Notes under the pieces: generated by a model
What the model was told of the DNA's origin: nothing
Database searches by the model: none
The model's input: only the letters and a program-made list of their open reading frames with translations
In this document: positions 20,576-32,402 of the stretch, one piece after another
Layout: each line of letters begins with the position of its first letter
How positions within the stretch are numbered: position 1 is the first letter of the stretch
Program-made: the position numbers and the translations under genes
Assembly (NCBI GenBank): GCA_963921275.4
Contig: OZ001293.3
Location: 1,344,001 to 1,408,000 of the forward strand
Direction: 5' to 3'
Source: an uncultured Hormoscilla sp.
GTDB lineage: Bacteria; Cyanobacteriota; Cyanobacteriia; Cyanobacteriales; Desertifilaceae
Length of the DNA stretch: 64,000 nucleotides

Positions 20576-21444
20576 TTAGCGTCTGTTTTATCATTATAAC
20601 CCGAGAAGCTGCGTTGCAACAAATTTTGATATTTTTGCGTGCTCGCCCAGCGATCTATTTCTCTTGCTCTTAGCACCGGTAGTGGGTGCGTGAGCTGGGA
20701 TGTTTGTGCTTGCTTGAGTAACTCACCTAGTTCGCTGTCTCCCATTTTATCATAAGCACGGGCTTGCGCCACAAAAGCATCCAGATTTAGTTTTGGTGCC
20801 AGGGTGGGGGAACCACCGGTAAGCTTCATCAATAGGGACATCACCACTTTGGGGTCTTGGGAGACCAGCAAAGCCGAGCGATCGCAGGTAAACTCAGCAC
20901 AGCGCAACCATTGTAGCAGTTGTTCTTGCAGTTGTTGCGCGATCGCAGCACCCCAGGTAGGCAACAAGCTGGTACCTAAGACAATTATATTGGCTAGAGT
21001 CAAGTATACACCATGATCGCACTTCAGGTGTCCTAATTCATGAGCCATCACCGCCTGGAGTTCCGCCGGCGTAACCATCTCCACTAAAGAAGTATGGATT
21101 ACCATAAAAGGTTGCCGCCCGCGCATGGCAAAAGTATAGGCATTGGGCACCGGATGCTGTCGCAGGTATAGTTGGGGCGGTTCCAGGTCCAGGATCTGAC
21201 TTGATTCTACCAGCAGTTGATGCAGATCTGGCAGTTGTCGATCGCTCACCAGAACACTGAAAGCAATATTTTCCACATAGAAAAACTGTTCCGCCACCGG
21301 TCCCAGGATATTTCGCACCAGCATGTCTAAACCCGGCAGCTGCTTCAAGGCATTAGTTGCTGCCAAGTCCAGGGGGTGACGGAAATGGTCTGCTTTCAGA
21401 CCGGTTAACATGATTTTTTCAATAGACATGGAGGCAACTTCCAA
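20554..21444 (-). CDS. M48-family Zn metallopeptidase
   Basis: AHELGHLKC, AEFTCDR, THP motifs; 3' end overlaps the tRNA. Confidence 0.9.
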   Translation of the reverse strand: MEVASMSIEKIMLTGLKADHFRHPLDLAATNALKQLPGLDMLVRNILGPVAEQFFYVENIAFSVLVSDRQLPDLHQLLVESSQILDLEPPQLYLRQHPVPNAYTFAMRGRQPFMVIHTSLVEMVTPAELQAVMAHELGHLKCDHGVYLTLANIIVLGTSLLPTWGAAIAQQLQEQLLQWLRCAEFTCDRSALLVSQDPKVVMSLLMKLTGGSPTLAPKLNLDAFVAQARAYDKMGDSELGELLKQAQTSQLTHPLPVLRAREIDRWASTQKYQNLLQRSFSGYNDKTDAKGGWRNW

Positions 21445-21991
21445 AATGTAATAGTTGAGTTAAGCTTCCTGGCGAGGTTTTCTCTCCCCAATCTAGTATA
21501 GCAGTGGGTCGCCCTCGTTACCAGAATACGGACAAGTATTAATGGCATCGCTGTTGATGGCATGAGGGCAGGCTTGAAATACTTGGGACCAAAGCTATCA
21601 GTGCCCGCCACAGTCCCAGCAGCCTTGACAGCAGTGCCGCTGCCGACGATAATAGTAGCGATCGCCCTTGGCTGGCTAGGTACAAGGCCATAGGCCCGGA
21701 TAGCACTCCCGAGGATCTCGGCGATTTGAGTTAGATTTGAGTTAGATTTGGGTTAGATGAAGATTCTGAGAAATTATGCCTGCACTCGTCGCCGCACCGG
21801 TCTAACCTGATGCCCGCTTTATCCATAGACTACGATACATCGACCATCGATGGAGATAAGTGTATTCTCTGATTGGTAGCACATTACTTTTCAGCGTCTA
21901 AGAATGTATTATGCGTCGCACATGCGATCGTCACTTCACTTCGCAGCCGATCGCTGTAACATTCGCTTCACCTCATGGTAGTGGGTCACAA

Positions 21992-22177
21992 GTAGTGATT
22001 TGAGCGCCTGAAACCCTGGGATCCCCTACGATGTACTCTGCGCGCGCTACATTCGCACTGCTTAATGTGCTGTGCTGCTGTGTCTCCTGGGAGCGCTAGT
22101 CGCACTACCCAAGAGACACAGCGCGCTAATCGCACTACGCAGAGCACATTAATCGCACATCGTAGTCAAATCACTAC
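21992..22177. mobile_element. Small MITE-like element with nested palindromic repeats
   Basis: Ends GTAGTGATTTGA / TCAAATCACTAC; a related end occurs near 18491-18516. Confidence 0.45.
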
Positions 22178-22181
22178 CGGA

Positions 22182-22472
22182 ATGACCACTATCTCTCTAC
22201 CGATACAAGAGAAATCATTAGAAATGATTTCTAGAGGATTGTATCATTTTTATGTAGCTCGACAAAAAGGGTTAGCTGAGCACCAGGTTCAGGATTTCGC
22301 AGCTCCAGAAAATCAAGATTTAGGTATTGTTAAACAGAAGCGAAAACCTAAGGTTAAACTGCTTGTCGCTCCTTTCCCTGAGCTACAACGAATAAGGAAA
22401 CCATTTTTCTTCTCACCAACTCGATAAATTACCTTGACAACTAGCTTGAGCGCCTTAACTTGTCACCAATGG
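22182..22472 (+). mobile_element. IS4-family transposase C-terminal remnant with probable IS end
   Basis: SLEMISRGLYHF...AAPENQDLGIVKQKRKP resembles cyanobacterial IS4 C-termini; followed by TTAACTTGTCACCAATGG. Confidence 0.55.
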
Positions 22473-22969
22473 ACGCAGACTGATCATACCCTGGAATGAC
22501 CGGACCCCTACCTTTCCTTTGTACCGGTGATTGCGTTTTTTTTGAGATATTTTCTTTGTCATGTCAGGTTTGAGTACGATTATGAAACTCTCCTAAATTT
22601 CATACCTAAACACCTATATTCATTATGTTGCAAGGGCTTCGGTAAAATATTCCAAAAATCTTAACAGCATTGTGGTGGAGATACAATAAAACTGGTGCCT
22701 GTGGTCTAGAAGCTGGAAGCCACCAACCGTGGCTTCGTTCAACTTTTCCCTCTGGATCTGAGACTGGCAACCAAACATCTTCATAGTCAAGATTATATTT
22801 ACATGGCTACACGCTACGCTACGCTTCGAGATCGGCGTCCTTTCTAAAACAGGGGATGGCCAGAAGAGGAGGCGCTGCTGTCCGCACCAGAGTAGGCTAC
22901 AGATCCTTAAGTAGGCGATCGCCAAACCCCTGAGAATAATCAGCCTTTTCTTCAGAGATATAATTCCCA

Positions 22970-23695
22970 TCAGCTAACTGAGTAATCATGTACTACAGTA
23001 AAAAATCCTTGTTGGCGATAATCTGCACTCACGGTTTTCGCATAGGGTCTCGTGTAGAAAGTGCCCACCAGAAAAGCCCGATCTCCCAGGACATATTCCT
23101 CTTTTGCCAATGGTGCCAGCGAGTGCAGCATTTCTTCCTGTTCTGGTTGGGGATGCACGATAATTCCATAGACAGATGCTTCTTTTTCGTCAGCGTATTC
23201 TCGTTCTTTTTCATCTAAATTATCGTCCAACTATGCTAAACGATATAAAATATTGATTAACTATTTTTTTACTGCTGGTTTTTCCATAGCTTGGATGAGG
23301 GTATTTGATTCCCTAGCCTCCTGTTTTAATGCTTTGATGAACTTCTGCCACAAACCGGAATGACCGGGATCCTTCACCCAAAATCCAATTCCAGTCAATA
23401 AGGAAAAGCTAAAGAAGATTATCCAGATTATATTCGTAAACCCGACTCTAAAATCTTGATTCTCAGCGATAACTAAATAATACAGCACAAAGGGGATATT
23501 AGTTAAGAGATGCAGCATCATGGAAAAGATCGATATGCTTTCGGCCACCACTGGTTCGTGTTTTCTCTTCCACAATTTATTAATCTTTAGGTACACCATG
23601 ACAGCATTAATCAATACGGAAATGGATAGCAAGACCTTGATAATTTCGGCAAAAATTTTTATGATGGGTGCTCCTCTTCCTTTTGGGCTATTCAA
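22970..23695 (-). pseudogene. Membrane protein with TerB-like segment, two in-frame stops
   Basis: ORFs 23261..23695 and 22970..23230 are in frame: KK*LINILYRLA*LDDNLDEKEREY. Confidence 0.5.
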
Positions 23696-23749
23696 CCGTT
23701 GTGTACCGCAAGCCCGACAAGTAGCGGTACACAGTTTGGGAACGCCAAT

Positions 23750-24684
23750 TTATTCAGCAAAGCCAGTTAGCTCCTCGGCAGACCACTCGATAGTATCGCC
23801 GATTTTTTCTCCCGTGTGATAAGCTGCGAGCAGCACTTCGCTAGTTTTCCCCCAGGCGATCGCTCCTGTAGCATCAATGCCAATAGCTCCCAAATCTCGC
23901 TGATTGCGCTTAGCTTCCGTCAGACTGCGCTCAAAGGCCGCCGACAAAGAAAGTCCATCCGTCACCCGGACCACAATTCGGGCCGCCAGACATTCATCAA
24001 TAATATCTTCGCCAATCCCCGTACAGCTGATCCCTGCTAAGGAAGTAGCATAATTTCCAGCAGGCATGGCTGAATCGCTTACCCGGCCAATGCGCTCAAA
24101 TCCCTTACCGCCCGTAGAAGTACCAGCTGCAAGGCAACCTCGAGCATCTAAAGCTACAACACCGATGGTGCCCGTCCCAGCAGGGGTACTCACCAAATTG
24201 GCCATTTTTCTGGGAAAATTATCCTGTCTATCTTGCAACCATTCTTGCAAGCGCTCCTCCGTCAGAGGGTTATAAATTGGCAAGGCCTTTCTCGCACCAG
24301 TTCAGCAGCGCCATAATCCGACAGCACCCGATCTGGATAATCTTGCAAAGCTAGAGCCAGTTCAATGGGATTCTGCACCCGCGAGACATTAATTATGCCG
24401 CTGAAGGCTTGAGTAGTGCTGTCCATCAAAGAGGCGCTCATGCGGATCTGACCATCCGATTGCAATACCGAACCAGTACCAGCATTAAACCGGGGTTCAT
24501 CCTCTAGCAGCCGACAGCCCCGCACCACCGCTTCGCAAGCCGTCGCCCCAGCCAACAGCAGGCCATAAACATCTTCTAGCACCTTGTAGAGCGACTGGCG
24601 CACAGCATCCACTCCCCCTTTGCCCTGAGCGGAACTAGCACCGCCGTGAATAATTAGCTTTGGTTGTTGTTTGTCGTTTGTCAT
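23750..24684 (-). pseudogene. iaaA: Isoaspartyl peptidase/L-asparaginase, frameshifted near 24285
   Basis: LIIHGGA and FNAGTGS in the upstream frame; GTIGVVA, TSTGG and GRVSDS in the downstream frame. Confidence 0.85.
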
Positions 24685-24958
24685 GTGTTAGTGGTCAGTT
24701 GTCAGTTGTCAGTTGTCAGTCGGCCTGGTACATGGTGGGCATGGTACATGGTGGGCATGGTACGCGGGGACAGACAGGGCAAATTTTTGCGGGCAGGTCA
24801 GACTTACATTGAGAGCGTCCCATGATAGATTAGCGACCACGAGACACCGTACGTTTACATGTAATTTTAAGCAACTGTACTGGTTGGTGATGATTTTTAC
24901 CTGATTTAATGCAAAATTAAGGAAATTTCTCACGCAGATACATTATCCTAGAGGCGTT

Positions 24959-25801
24959 ATGGATGTAGAAACTGCATTAGCGGGGGTACGAATAGTTTTG
25001 GTAGAGCCATCAGGCCCTCTGAATGTGGGGGCGATCGCCCGGGTGATGAAAAACATGGGACTGCACCAGCTAGTCCTAGTGAATCCCCAGTGCGACATTC
25101 TCTCCCCAGAGTCGAGACTTATGGCAGTTCATGCTGTAGATATATTGTCATCCGCCCAGGTGGCCCAGACAATACCAGCAGCTTTACGAGGATGTACTCG
25201 CGCGATTGCCACCACAGCCCGATTGCGCTCGACAGATCTCCAGCTAGAACATCCCCGCGCCGCCCTGCCCTGGTTACTAGGATCCCCTAGTGCCGTGATT
25301 TTTGGACGTGAAGACCGAGGGTTAAGCAATGCCGAACTGAATTACGCTCAGCGATTTGTCCGCATTCCCTCCAGTCCAGCTTACCCATCCCTGAATCTGG
25401 CCCAGGCCGTGGCTGTATGCTGTTATGAACTATATCAGGGTGGTCTCGGAAGCAGCAAGGCGTCCGCAGTCGGCCAGAAATGCCAGCAGCCAACCGCAGC
25501 TGGGTCTCCTGGGAGCGCCTTAAGCACAAAAGGGGAGACGCAGGCTGCTTCCAGAGAAGTATTAGAAGCATATTATCAACAAATGGAAGCCGTGCTATTA
25601 AAAATAGGTTATCTATATCCCCATACAGCGGTGACGCGCATGTCCAAATTTCGCCGCTTATTTAACCGCGCCGATCCCACAGCGGCTGAAGTGGCCATGT
25701 TGCGAGGCATTCTCAGACAGGTGACATGGGCAATTGAACATCTGGCAAATGACCAACCGCAAGCGGTGAGCGCAGCCGAACTGCAGGAGAGCTTAGAATA
25801 A
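24959..25801 (+). CDS. trmJ: TrmJ/LasT SPOUT RNA methyltransferase
   Basis: NVGAIARVMKNMG, FGREDRGLSN, SLNLAQAV. Confidence 0.9.
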   Translation: MDVETALAGVRIVLVEPSGPLNVGAIARVMKNMGLHQLVLVNPQCDILSPESRLMAVHAVDILSSAQVAQTIPAALRGCTRAIATTARLRSTDLQLEHPRAALPWLLGSPSAVIFGREDRGLSNAELNYAQRFVRIPSSPAYPSLNLAQAVAVCCYELYQGGLGSSKASAVGQKCQQPTAAGSPGSALSTKGETQAASREVLEAYYQQMEAVLLKIGYLYPHTAVTRMSKFRRLFNRADPTAAEVAMLRGILRQVTWAIEHLANDQPQAVSAAELQESLE

Positions 25802-26012
25802 TCTTCGGGCCGTTTCCCTCCCTCGTTCCCACGGCTCTGCCTGGGAACGTGCGAATACGATGTCTCCTATGCATGTGCTTCTAGGGGTCGGGAGACATCT
25901 GGGCTCCGAGGTAACCCATGGTCCGGGGTATTTGTCACAAGGCCCGCAGGAGTGGGCAACCCAGGGTGCAAGGTCTGCAATTCATTGAATTTTTAGGTTA
26001 CAAGAGGAGTCG

Positions 26013-27584
26013 TTGATGGCTCAATTTCAAGGAAAAGGGGGTATTCGCAAACGCCAAGCCTATGTCCCTAGGGCTATGGGCAAGGTCAATACTGGCAGTC
26101 GCATCAAAAGATCTAGGAGACAGCGCAGACGACGTCCGCTTCTGCAGATTGCGGCCAGACGGGGAACTCAGCGCGCGAAAGTGCGGGTGTTGCCCATTGA
26201 ACAAAGGCAGGGCCAGGGTGCTGCTAGGAATAGAGCAGGTATTCGTAGGGAAGAAGGATCCTCATCGGCGGGCAAGCCCAAACGAATTTTGCGCCCCAAC
26301 TCAGGGCGGGAAGTAGCCAAAGTTTCACCCAGGGGAAAAACTGCCCGGCTTGGAGGAAAAACTGGGCTCGAAAAAACCATTGCTCTTCGGGAACTCACCC
26401 AGCTAAGGAAGCAGCTCCGGGATAAAGCTGCTTTACTCCCAGGTGCTAAACTGCGGGTCAAGGGCAGAAAACTCTCTGTATCCCCTGTGATGTACGTAAC
26501 TCGGATGCTGATCGCGGGGATCGGCATTAGCGCGATCGCGGGGACAGTGTTATCAGTCTGGGACCCGGCGACACGAGCTCTGCCAGAACTGTCGGAATCG
26601 CCTACAAACCAGGTGATACATACCCAACAGATGGGATCCTTTAATGGGCCTCGCGGGTCGGCGAACTTTGTCGCTGCGGGAGTGAATCTCTCTGAAGAAA
26701 TGCACTCCCTCAGACAAGAGGTGCAAACCCTGGCAGCTGCCAATCCGGAATTGATACCGGGAGTATTTATCCTAGACCTAGATAGGAGTGCCTATGTGGA
26801 GGTGAATAGCAGTTCCACTTTTGCCGCTGCTAGTACAATTAAACTGCCGATTTTGGTGGCTTTTTTCCAGGATGTGGATGCTGGCCTGCTGCGCCTAGAT
26901 GAACAGCTGACACTCCGCCGGGAACATGTGGCGACGGGTTCGGGAAGCATGCAGTATCACCAGTTAGGAACCCAATACTCGGCCCTGGAAGCGGCCAGGA
27001 TGATGATTACCATCAGCGACAATACAGCTACGAATATGCTGATTGAACGCTTGGGTGGTATAGATGTTCTCAATCAGCGGTTCAAATCTTGGGGATTGCG
27101 GACAACTGTCCTCCGCAACCCGCTGCCGGATCTGGAAGGCACTAATACTACAAATCCCAGGGATTTAGCTTATTTGATGGCCCGCATCAATCAAGGGAAT
27201 TTGACATCAGGGCGATCGCGCGATCGGATGTTAGAGATCATGGAGCGGACTGAAACTACGCCTTTGCTCAAACCTGGCTTGGGTGAGGGTGCTACTATTG
27301 CCTATAAAACTGGTAATATTGGCTCTATGATCGCTGATGTGGGTTTGATCTCATTGCCGAAGGGTAAGCGCTACATTGCTGCTGTGATGGTGAATCGTCC
27401 CTTTAATGACGATCGCGCTCGCGAGTTGATTACTCAAATCTCTCGCGCGGCCTACTGGAGCTTGGAACAACTGGACGTTCCTCCCAGTTATCTGCCCGAT
27501 CCTGCTATCCCGACCCAGATGGATCCCGAGATCCCCAAAAACTTGCCCATACAGTCTGTCGAAGCTACTGCTAAGCGAGGCTAA
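26013..27584 (+). CDS. Class A beta-lactamase-like serine hydrolase with basic N-terminal extension and TM helix
   Basis: ASTIK (SxxK), SDN and KTG motifs; start uncertain. Confidence 0.85.
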   Translation: MMAQFQGKGGIRKRQAYVPRAMGKVNTGSRIKRSRRQRRRRPLLQIAARRGTQRAKVRVLPIEQRQGQGAARNRAGIRREEGSSSAGKPKRILRPNSGREVAKVSPRGKTARLGGKTGLEKTIALRELTQLRKQLRDKAALLPGAKLRVKGRKLSVSPVMYVTRMLIAGIGISAIAGTVLSVWDPATRALPELSESPTNQVIHTQQMGSFNGPRGSANFVAAGVNLSEEMHSLRQEVQTLAAANPELIPGVFILDLDRSAYVEVNSSSTFAAASTIKLPILVAFFQDVDAGLLRLDEQLTLRREHVATGSGSMQYHQLGTQYSALEAARMMITISDNTATNMLIERLGGIDVLNQRFKSWGLRTTVLRNPLPDLEGTNTTNPRDLAYLMARINQGNLTSGRSRDRMLEIMERTETTPLLKPGLGEGATIAYKTGNIGSMIADVGLISLPKGKRYIAAVMVNRPFNDDRARELITQISRAAYWSLEQLDVPPSYLPDPAIPTQMDPEIPKNLPIQSVEATAKRG

Positions 27585-27640
27585 TAGCGCAGGCGAAGTT
27601 TGCAGCCTGCTGTTCCCATGGGTCGCCAGTGGGAACGAGG

Positions 27641-28636
27641 CTAAGGTGATAATAATTGCCAAATTTCTTGTAGCAGTGGCTCTAGTCCGATCCGGGCAAC
27701 AGCTGATATGGGAAAAACTGGTGTTTGGCCGAGTATCGCCTGTAACTGGGCTGCGATCGCCCCAACATCAAGGGTATCATCTACTGCATCTACTTTATTG
27801 AGGGCAATAATTTGCCGACGATCTGCTAGTCCCTTGCCATAGGCTTGCAATTCCTGTTCGATGATATGATAATTAGCGATCGGGTCTTCACTGGTAACAT
27901 CAATCAAATGTAGCAGAACTCGGGTGCGTTCGATATGTCGAAGAAACTCGTGACCCAAACCCGCACCGGTATGGGCCCCTGCGATCAAGCCCGGAATATC
28001 AGCAAACACGGTGCCATCACCTGTGGGTTTGCGCACAACTCCCAAGCTGGGGACTAATGTCGTAAAGGGGTAATCGGCAATTTTCGGCTTAGCAGCAGAT
28101 ATTACGGAAATTAAAGTAGATTTGCCAGCATTAGGGAGACCAATAATTCCGACTTCAGCTAATAGCTTTAACTCCAAGCGCAAGCTAAATTCTTCTCCGG
28201 GTAACCCGGGTAAAGCATATTCGGGGGCGCGGTTGCGGTTACTGAGAAAATGTTTATTTCCTAGACCTCCTTTGCCTCCTTTAGCAACTACGATAGTCCC
28301 TGATTCTGCTATAATATCTCCGATGAAATCATCAGTTTCGGCATTATAGATAGCAGTGCCACAGGGAACTTCCAGAATGCGATCAGCCCCATTAGCACCT
28401 GTACAATTATTCGGTCCGCCGCGCTTGCCATTGTCGGCCTTAAAGATATGCTTGTACTTAAAATCCAGCAAAGTTTGCAAATGTGGAGTCCCAACTAAAA
28501 CCACATCACCACCTTTGCCACCATTTCCTCCCGACGGTCCTCCAGCAGGAACGTACTTTTCGCGACGAAAAGCTACTAACCCGTCGCCTCCATCTCCCGC
28601 CTTAACCTGAATCTCTACTCGATCGATAAATTGCAT
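27641..28636 (-). CDS. obgE: GTPase Obg
   Basis: [38 protein letters not shown]. Confidence 0.97.
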   Translation of the reverse strand: MQFIDRVEIQVKAGDGGDGLVAFRREKYVPAGGPSGGNGGKGGDVVLVGTPHLQTLLDFKYKHIFKADNGKRGGPNNCTGANGADRILEVPCGTAIYNAETDDFIGDIIAESGTIVVAKGGKGGLGNKHFLSNRNRAPEYALPGLPGEEFSLRLELKLLAEVGIIGLPNAGKSTLISVISAAKPKIADYPFTTLVPSLGVVRKPTGDGTVFADIPGLIAGAHTGAGLGHEFLRHIERTRVLLHLIDVTSEDPIANYHIIEQELQAYGKGLADRRQIIALNKVDAVDDTLDVGAIAAQLQAILGQTPVFPISAVARIGLEPLLQEIWQLLSP

Positions 28637-28703
28637 GGCAAGTTAATTGTCGTTCGTAGTAAGCACGAAGCGTGCTTCCGGAAATGCTCCCGTAAATTTG
28701 GTT

Positions 28704-29126
28704 TCATTTTAATGACTTTTTGGCTATATAAGGACTTTCGGGGTTAACAATCAACTTTTGTTGCTTGGGATCGATAAGCACATCCATATCTTCCATGGGA
28801 ATTGAACCTAACAATACTTCAGAATCACCAGGTAATACCATAGCCCTGACAGTAGTCGATCGATTTTCAAACTGAACATCTACAGGACCGACAATTTCAA
28901 GTCTCGTCTGTGTACCATCCGCTAATTCTGCCACTTGCTCGCCCACCTTGCGCAGATCGAGCTGAGTTTTAATCTGCTGATTGATTGCCAGCATATAAGC
29001 ACCACTATCTACTAGAGCATTTACCTTGAGTCGCCTAATTTGATCTGCTGGCAATTGGCCCTCTTGGAACAAAACTATATCGGCACCACGAATCAGCTCA
29101 ATTTCTGCATAAACTAAACCCATCAA
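28704..29126 (-). CDS. Clan AA aspartic protease (AF_0612-like)
   Basis: ALVDSGA and LLGSIPME motifs. Confidence 0.8.
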   Translation of the reverse strand: MMGLVYAEIELIRGADIVLFQEGQLPADQIRRLKVNALVDSGAYMLAINQQIKTQLDLRKVGEQVAELADGTQTRLEIVGPVDVQFENRSTTVRAMVLPGDSEVLLGSIPMEDMDVLIDPKQQKLIVNPESPYIAKKSLK

Positions 29127-29197
29127 CTCTACCTCTATCGCCCATCCATACCTTAACTATAGCACAACTCGGTTGGGTTTCCTTACGTCAACCCAAC

Positions 29198-29945
29198 CTA
29201 CGAACTTACTAGCCGAACTCGATAATGCGGCTGTGAAATGTCTTTCTCAGTGGTTGTCGGATCTAAGCCGCTCAACTGAATCACAAATTGAACTGGCAGA
29301 AAATCTGGTGGGGTGTTAGGAGCCAACCCAAATTCGATGAATGCAGTATTAATTTCTACATCATTACGGCCAACCATTATTCCTGGAGCCACTTCAAAAT
29401 CAAGTTCAATTGTATCTACTGTCGGGTCAAAATCAATAATATTATCTCCGCCTTCATCAGGTGCAGCAGGGTCAGCACCGCTGTCAGCTAAGCTATTGTA
29501 CAGGAATACATCAGCACCTGCAGACAAAATGTCCGCACCACGGTTACCAATAATGACATCATTGCCTGGGCCACCTTCTAGACGTTCTCGTATCTCAGTC
29601 TCACTATTGAGAAGATTATTACCAATAATCTCTTCAATAACAGGACTGTCATCGGTGGTATATAAACATTTCAGGGGATAGCTGATTTTTGGTAACTCCG
29701 ATCAGCGCCAGTCGCTCAAACTCTCCTCTCAGAATTACATTACGTCGTCCACGTGGTATCGCCTCATCAATTAACTCTTGCGCGTCAATATCATCGAAAG
29801 CACTCAGGTCAATCTTATCTTGGTTATCAAACCTCAAGATTATATCTGTGTCGCGCCTTGAAGCACTTTCAACAACGATTGTATCCTCTTCACGTCTGTT
29901 CAGTCGAACCCTGTCATTTCCTGTTGTCAGCCTAAAAGTTGCCAT
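29198..29945 (-). pseudogene. RTX/hemolysin-type Ca-binding protein, frameshifted
   Basis: GGPGNDVIIGNRGADILSAGADVF and IIDFDPTVDTI motifs split over frames. Confidence 0.55.
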
Positions 29946-30006
29946 AACTCCTACCTCTGTTAATACTACAACGGGGGTCTCACTTGTCTATTTCGCGTCA
30001 GACTAT

Positions 30007-30200
30007 GCTCCTGCTATGCCACGCAAGCCCATACAGCTTCTCTATTAACATTACCTGATCTTCTCCATCATATCCACAGAAGACCCACAATGTCAACCCC
30101 CCCTTCAAAATTTATCATCTCCTTGACGCTGCCCTACCGGCGATCATCTATCTATAAGGCCCTCACGCCCCTATCTCTTCTCCGGTGCGATCGCCTCCCA
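30007..30200. repeat. ~190-bp direct repeat, copy 1 (copy 2 about 31766-31961; partial copy 31623-31658) with minus-strand TTGACA...TATGAT promoter
   Basis: GCTCCTGCTATGCCACGCAAGCCCATACAGCTTC...AATGTCAACCCC...CCTCAC shared between copies. Confidence 0.85.
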
Positions 30201-30399
30201 GACCGGTGGAGTCAAAGCCAAGGGGTTGGCGATCGTCACAGGCCCGACAGCGATCGTCGGAACAGTCACTCATACTACCGGTGGTAAGGGACTGCGCCAG
30301 GCAAACGCGCTTTGCGTTTACTACGAACAAGCAAACGCCCTTTGCTTTTACTACTTTCGACAACAATAAACCTGTAATAAGTTAGCTTTTTACTTCACT

Positions 30400-30552
30400 A
30401 AATAAGCTTACTTGTAACTAAGTAAATTTTACTTGTAACTAAGTAAATTTTACTTGTAACTAAGTAAATTTTACTTGTAACTAAGTAAATTTTACTTGTA
30501 ACTAAGTAAATTTTACTTGTAACTAAGTAAATTTTACTTGTAACTAAGTAAG
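30400..30552. repeat. 21-bp tandem repeat (AGTAAATTTTACTTGTAACTA), about 7 copies
   Basis: Directly visible; each unit is near-palindromic. Confidence 0.95.
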
Positions 30553-30835
30553 TTTTTTAGATCTACAAAAAGTTACCAGTACCATCAAGTCAGCTTTCCA
30601 TCTGATCGAGTTACTTGCTGTACCATCAGTCAACTGACTCACAGCTCAACGCTCTACGGTTAACACGTAGGACAGGCGTCTCGTCTGTCCTATGTCGCTT
30701 GCGCTCGCAGTCCGCAGACTTGCCGCACCACAAAATAGTTCCCCGCAAAAAAAAATAACAAATATTCCTGAACTTGCTAGGGAGCTGTATAATAATCTAA
30801 ACAGCAAACTTAAACAAATTCCAAGCTATCCTAAT

Positions 30836-31447
30836 ATGGCCAAGTTTCCCAAATCTGAATCTGACATAGTGGTTCTCGCTGAAACCGTAATCGCAGGATT
30901 GAGTGCTAACAGCACAGTCTATAGCATGCCCCCCATCTCGATCGAACAGTTAACCACCCGCTTGCAAGACTATCAAGCAGCCAGAAATGCAGCCGTTGCC
31001 GCCCAAGCAGCAGCGGAAGAATCTACCCAAGCCAAGGACAAAGCATTAGCAGCATTGACTAAGGATCTGAGGACAAATCTGCGCTATGCGGAGAACGCGG
31101 TAGACTATAATGATGAGCAACTGAAGATGTTAGGATGGGGCGGACGTAGTAAACGTAGCCCCATGAGGGCCCCAGGGCAGGTCCGCGACTTAGAAGCACC
31201 CCGTCAAGGAGACAATTGGGTCTTGTTAAATTGGAAACGCCCTCAAAATGGCGGTCGAGTTGCAGCCTACAAAGTGCAACGCCGCGAACGGGACAAGAAT
31301 GGAGCCTGGATGGATCTCACGATCGCCCTCACATTAGAGACCACCTTAGTGGATCAGCCCTGTTCTGTCGTCTTAGAATATCGCATTATCGCGATTAATA
31401 GAGCCGGAGAAAGCACACCCAGTAATACTGTCTCGGTTGTCTTGTAA
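30836..31447 (+). CDS. Helical N-domain plus fibronectin type III domain protein
   Basis: APGQVRDL...LNWKRP..GG....Y...YRIIAINRAGESTPSN; probable start MAKFP at 30836. Confidence 0.8.
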   Translation: MAKFPKSESDIVVLAETVIAGLSANSTVYSMPPISIEQLTTRLQDYQAARNAAVAAQAAAEESTQAKDKALAALTKDLRTNLRYAENAVDYNDEQLKMLGWGGRSKRSPMRAPGQVRDLEAPRQGDNWVLLNWKRPQNGGRVAAYKVQRRERDKNGAWMDLTIALTLETTLVDQPCSVVLEYRIIAINRAGESTPSNTVSVVL

Positions 31448-32402
31448 CTGCGATCGGGGTAGGTTGGGTTTCCGAACGTTACCCAACCTATAGCAATTCC
31501 CAATAAGTTGTCAAAGTTTAAAAACCAGGTTTGGCTCCTCGTTACCTGGTTTCTGGGCATTGGGTACATCTCATTTTTACAAATATAGCCTCCGGGGCCA
31601 AGCATATGGCTGCGCCACCCTGCCCTCACGCCCCTATCTCTGCGAGGGTGCGATCGCCCCGTTCGTAGTAAACACTTTAGTGTTTTGCCTCCGGGGCGAA
31701 GCCTTGCCGATCGATCGTTAACCAACCCAAAACCATATCGACCGTTAACGACAATGTAATTCCACGCTCCTGCTATGCCACGCAAGCCCATACAGCTTCG
31801 AGATTAACATTACCTGGGCTTCTCCATCATATCCACAGCTTCCCCACAATGTCAACCCCTCCTTCAAAATTTATTATCTCGTTGACTTTGCCCTACCAAT
31901 GATTATCTATTTATAAGATCCTCACCCCCCGATCTCCTCTCGGGAGGGTGCGATCGCCTCCTATACCGGTGTCGGAAGTTATCAGCGATCACCCCTTGCA
32001 AACAATGCTATAGCAACCAGCGGTAACATGGTGAAGAAAGTGCTAAAATAAGTAATTGCCGATTTGAAGAGAAAAGCCCTCACCTGGAAGAAAGTAAAAT
32101 CCTCTATCATGGGCTGATAATTGAAGAGGATGGCGATCGCGCCAGGGATGAGTAATAAGAATACCCATAAGCGGTAACGCCAGCGGTTTCCTTTTTCGCA
32201 CTACCCGGGGGACACAGATTGCTGATGGCGGTAGCAAGGAAATTCGAGAGTCGAGGGTATTGCCCGGATTATAAATTTATTTGCTAAATGAAGCCTTTCC
32301 CATGAGTCGGAGGATGAATCAAACTCAAGTATATTCTTGGTTGTTAACCCAATTTCAACAATAGCACGATCGGGGCTGGTGGGCGATCGCCCACCAGCGC
32401 AA

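Noticed and set aside
22623..22970. 115-aa minus-strand ORF
   Set aside because: No recognisable motifs; lies among IS debris
24685..24770. Heptamer runs (TCAGTTG etc.; also about 38720-38810, 40335-40385, 42685-42733)
   Set aside because: Ordinary STRR-type repeats of filamentous cyanobacteria
30400..30552. CRISPR array or coding repeat
   Set aside because: Head-to-tail 21-mers without spacers; stops in all plus frames and no convincing ORF on the minus strand
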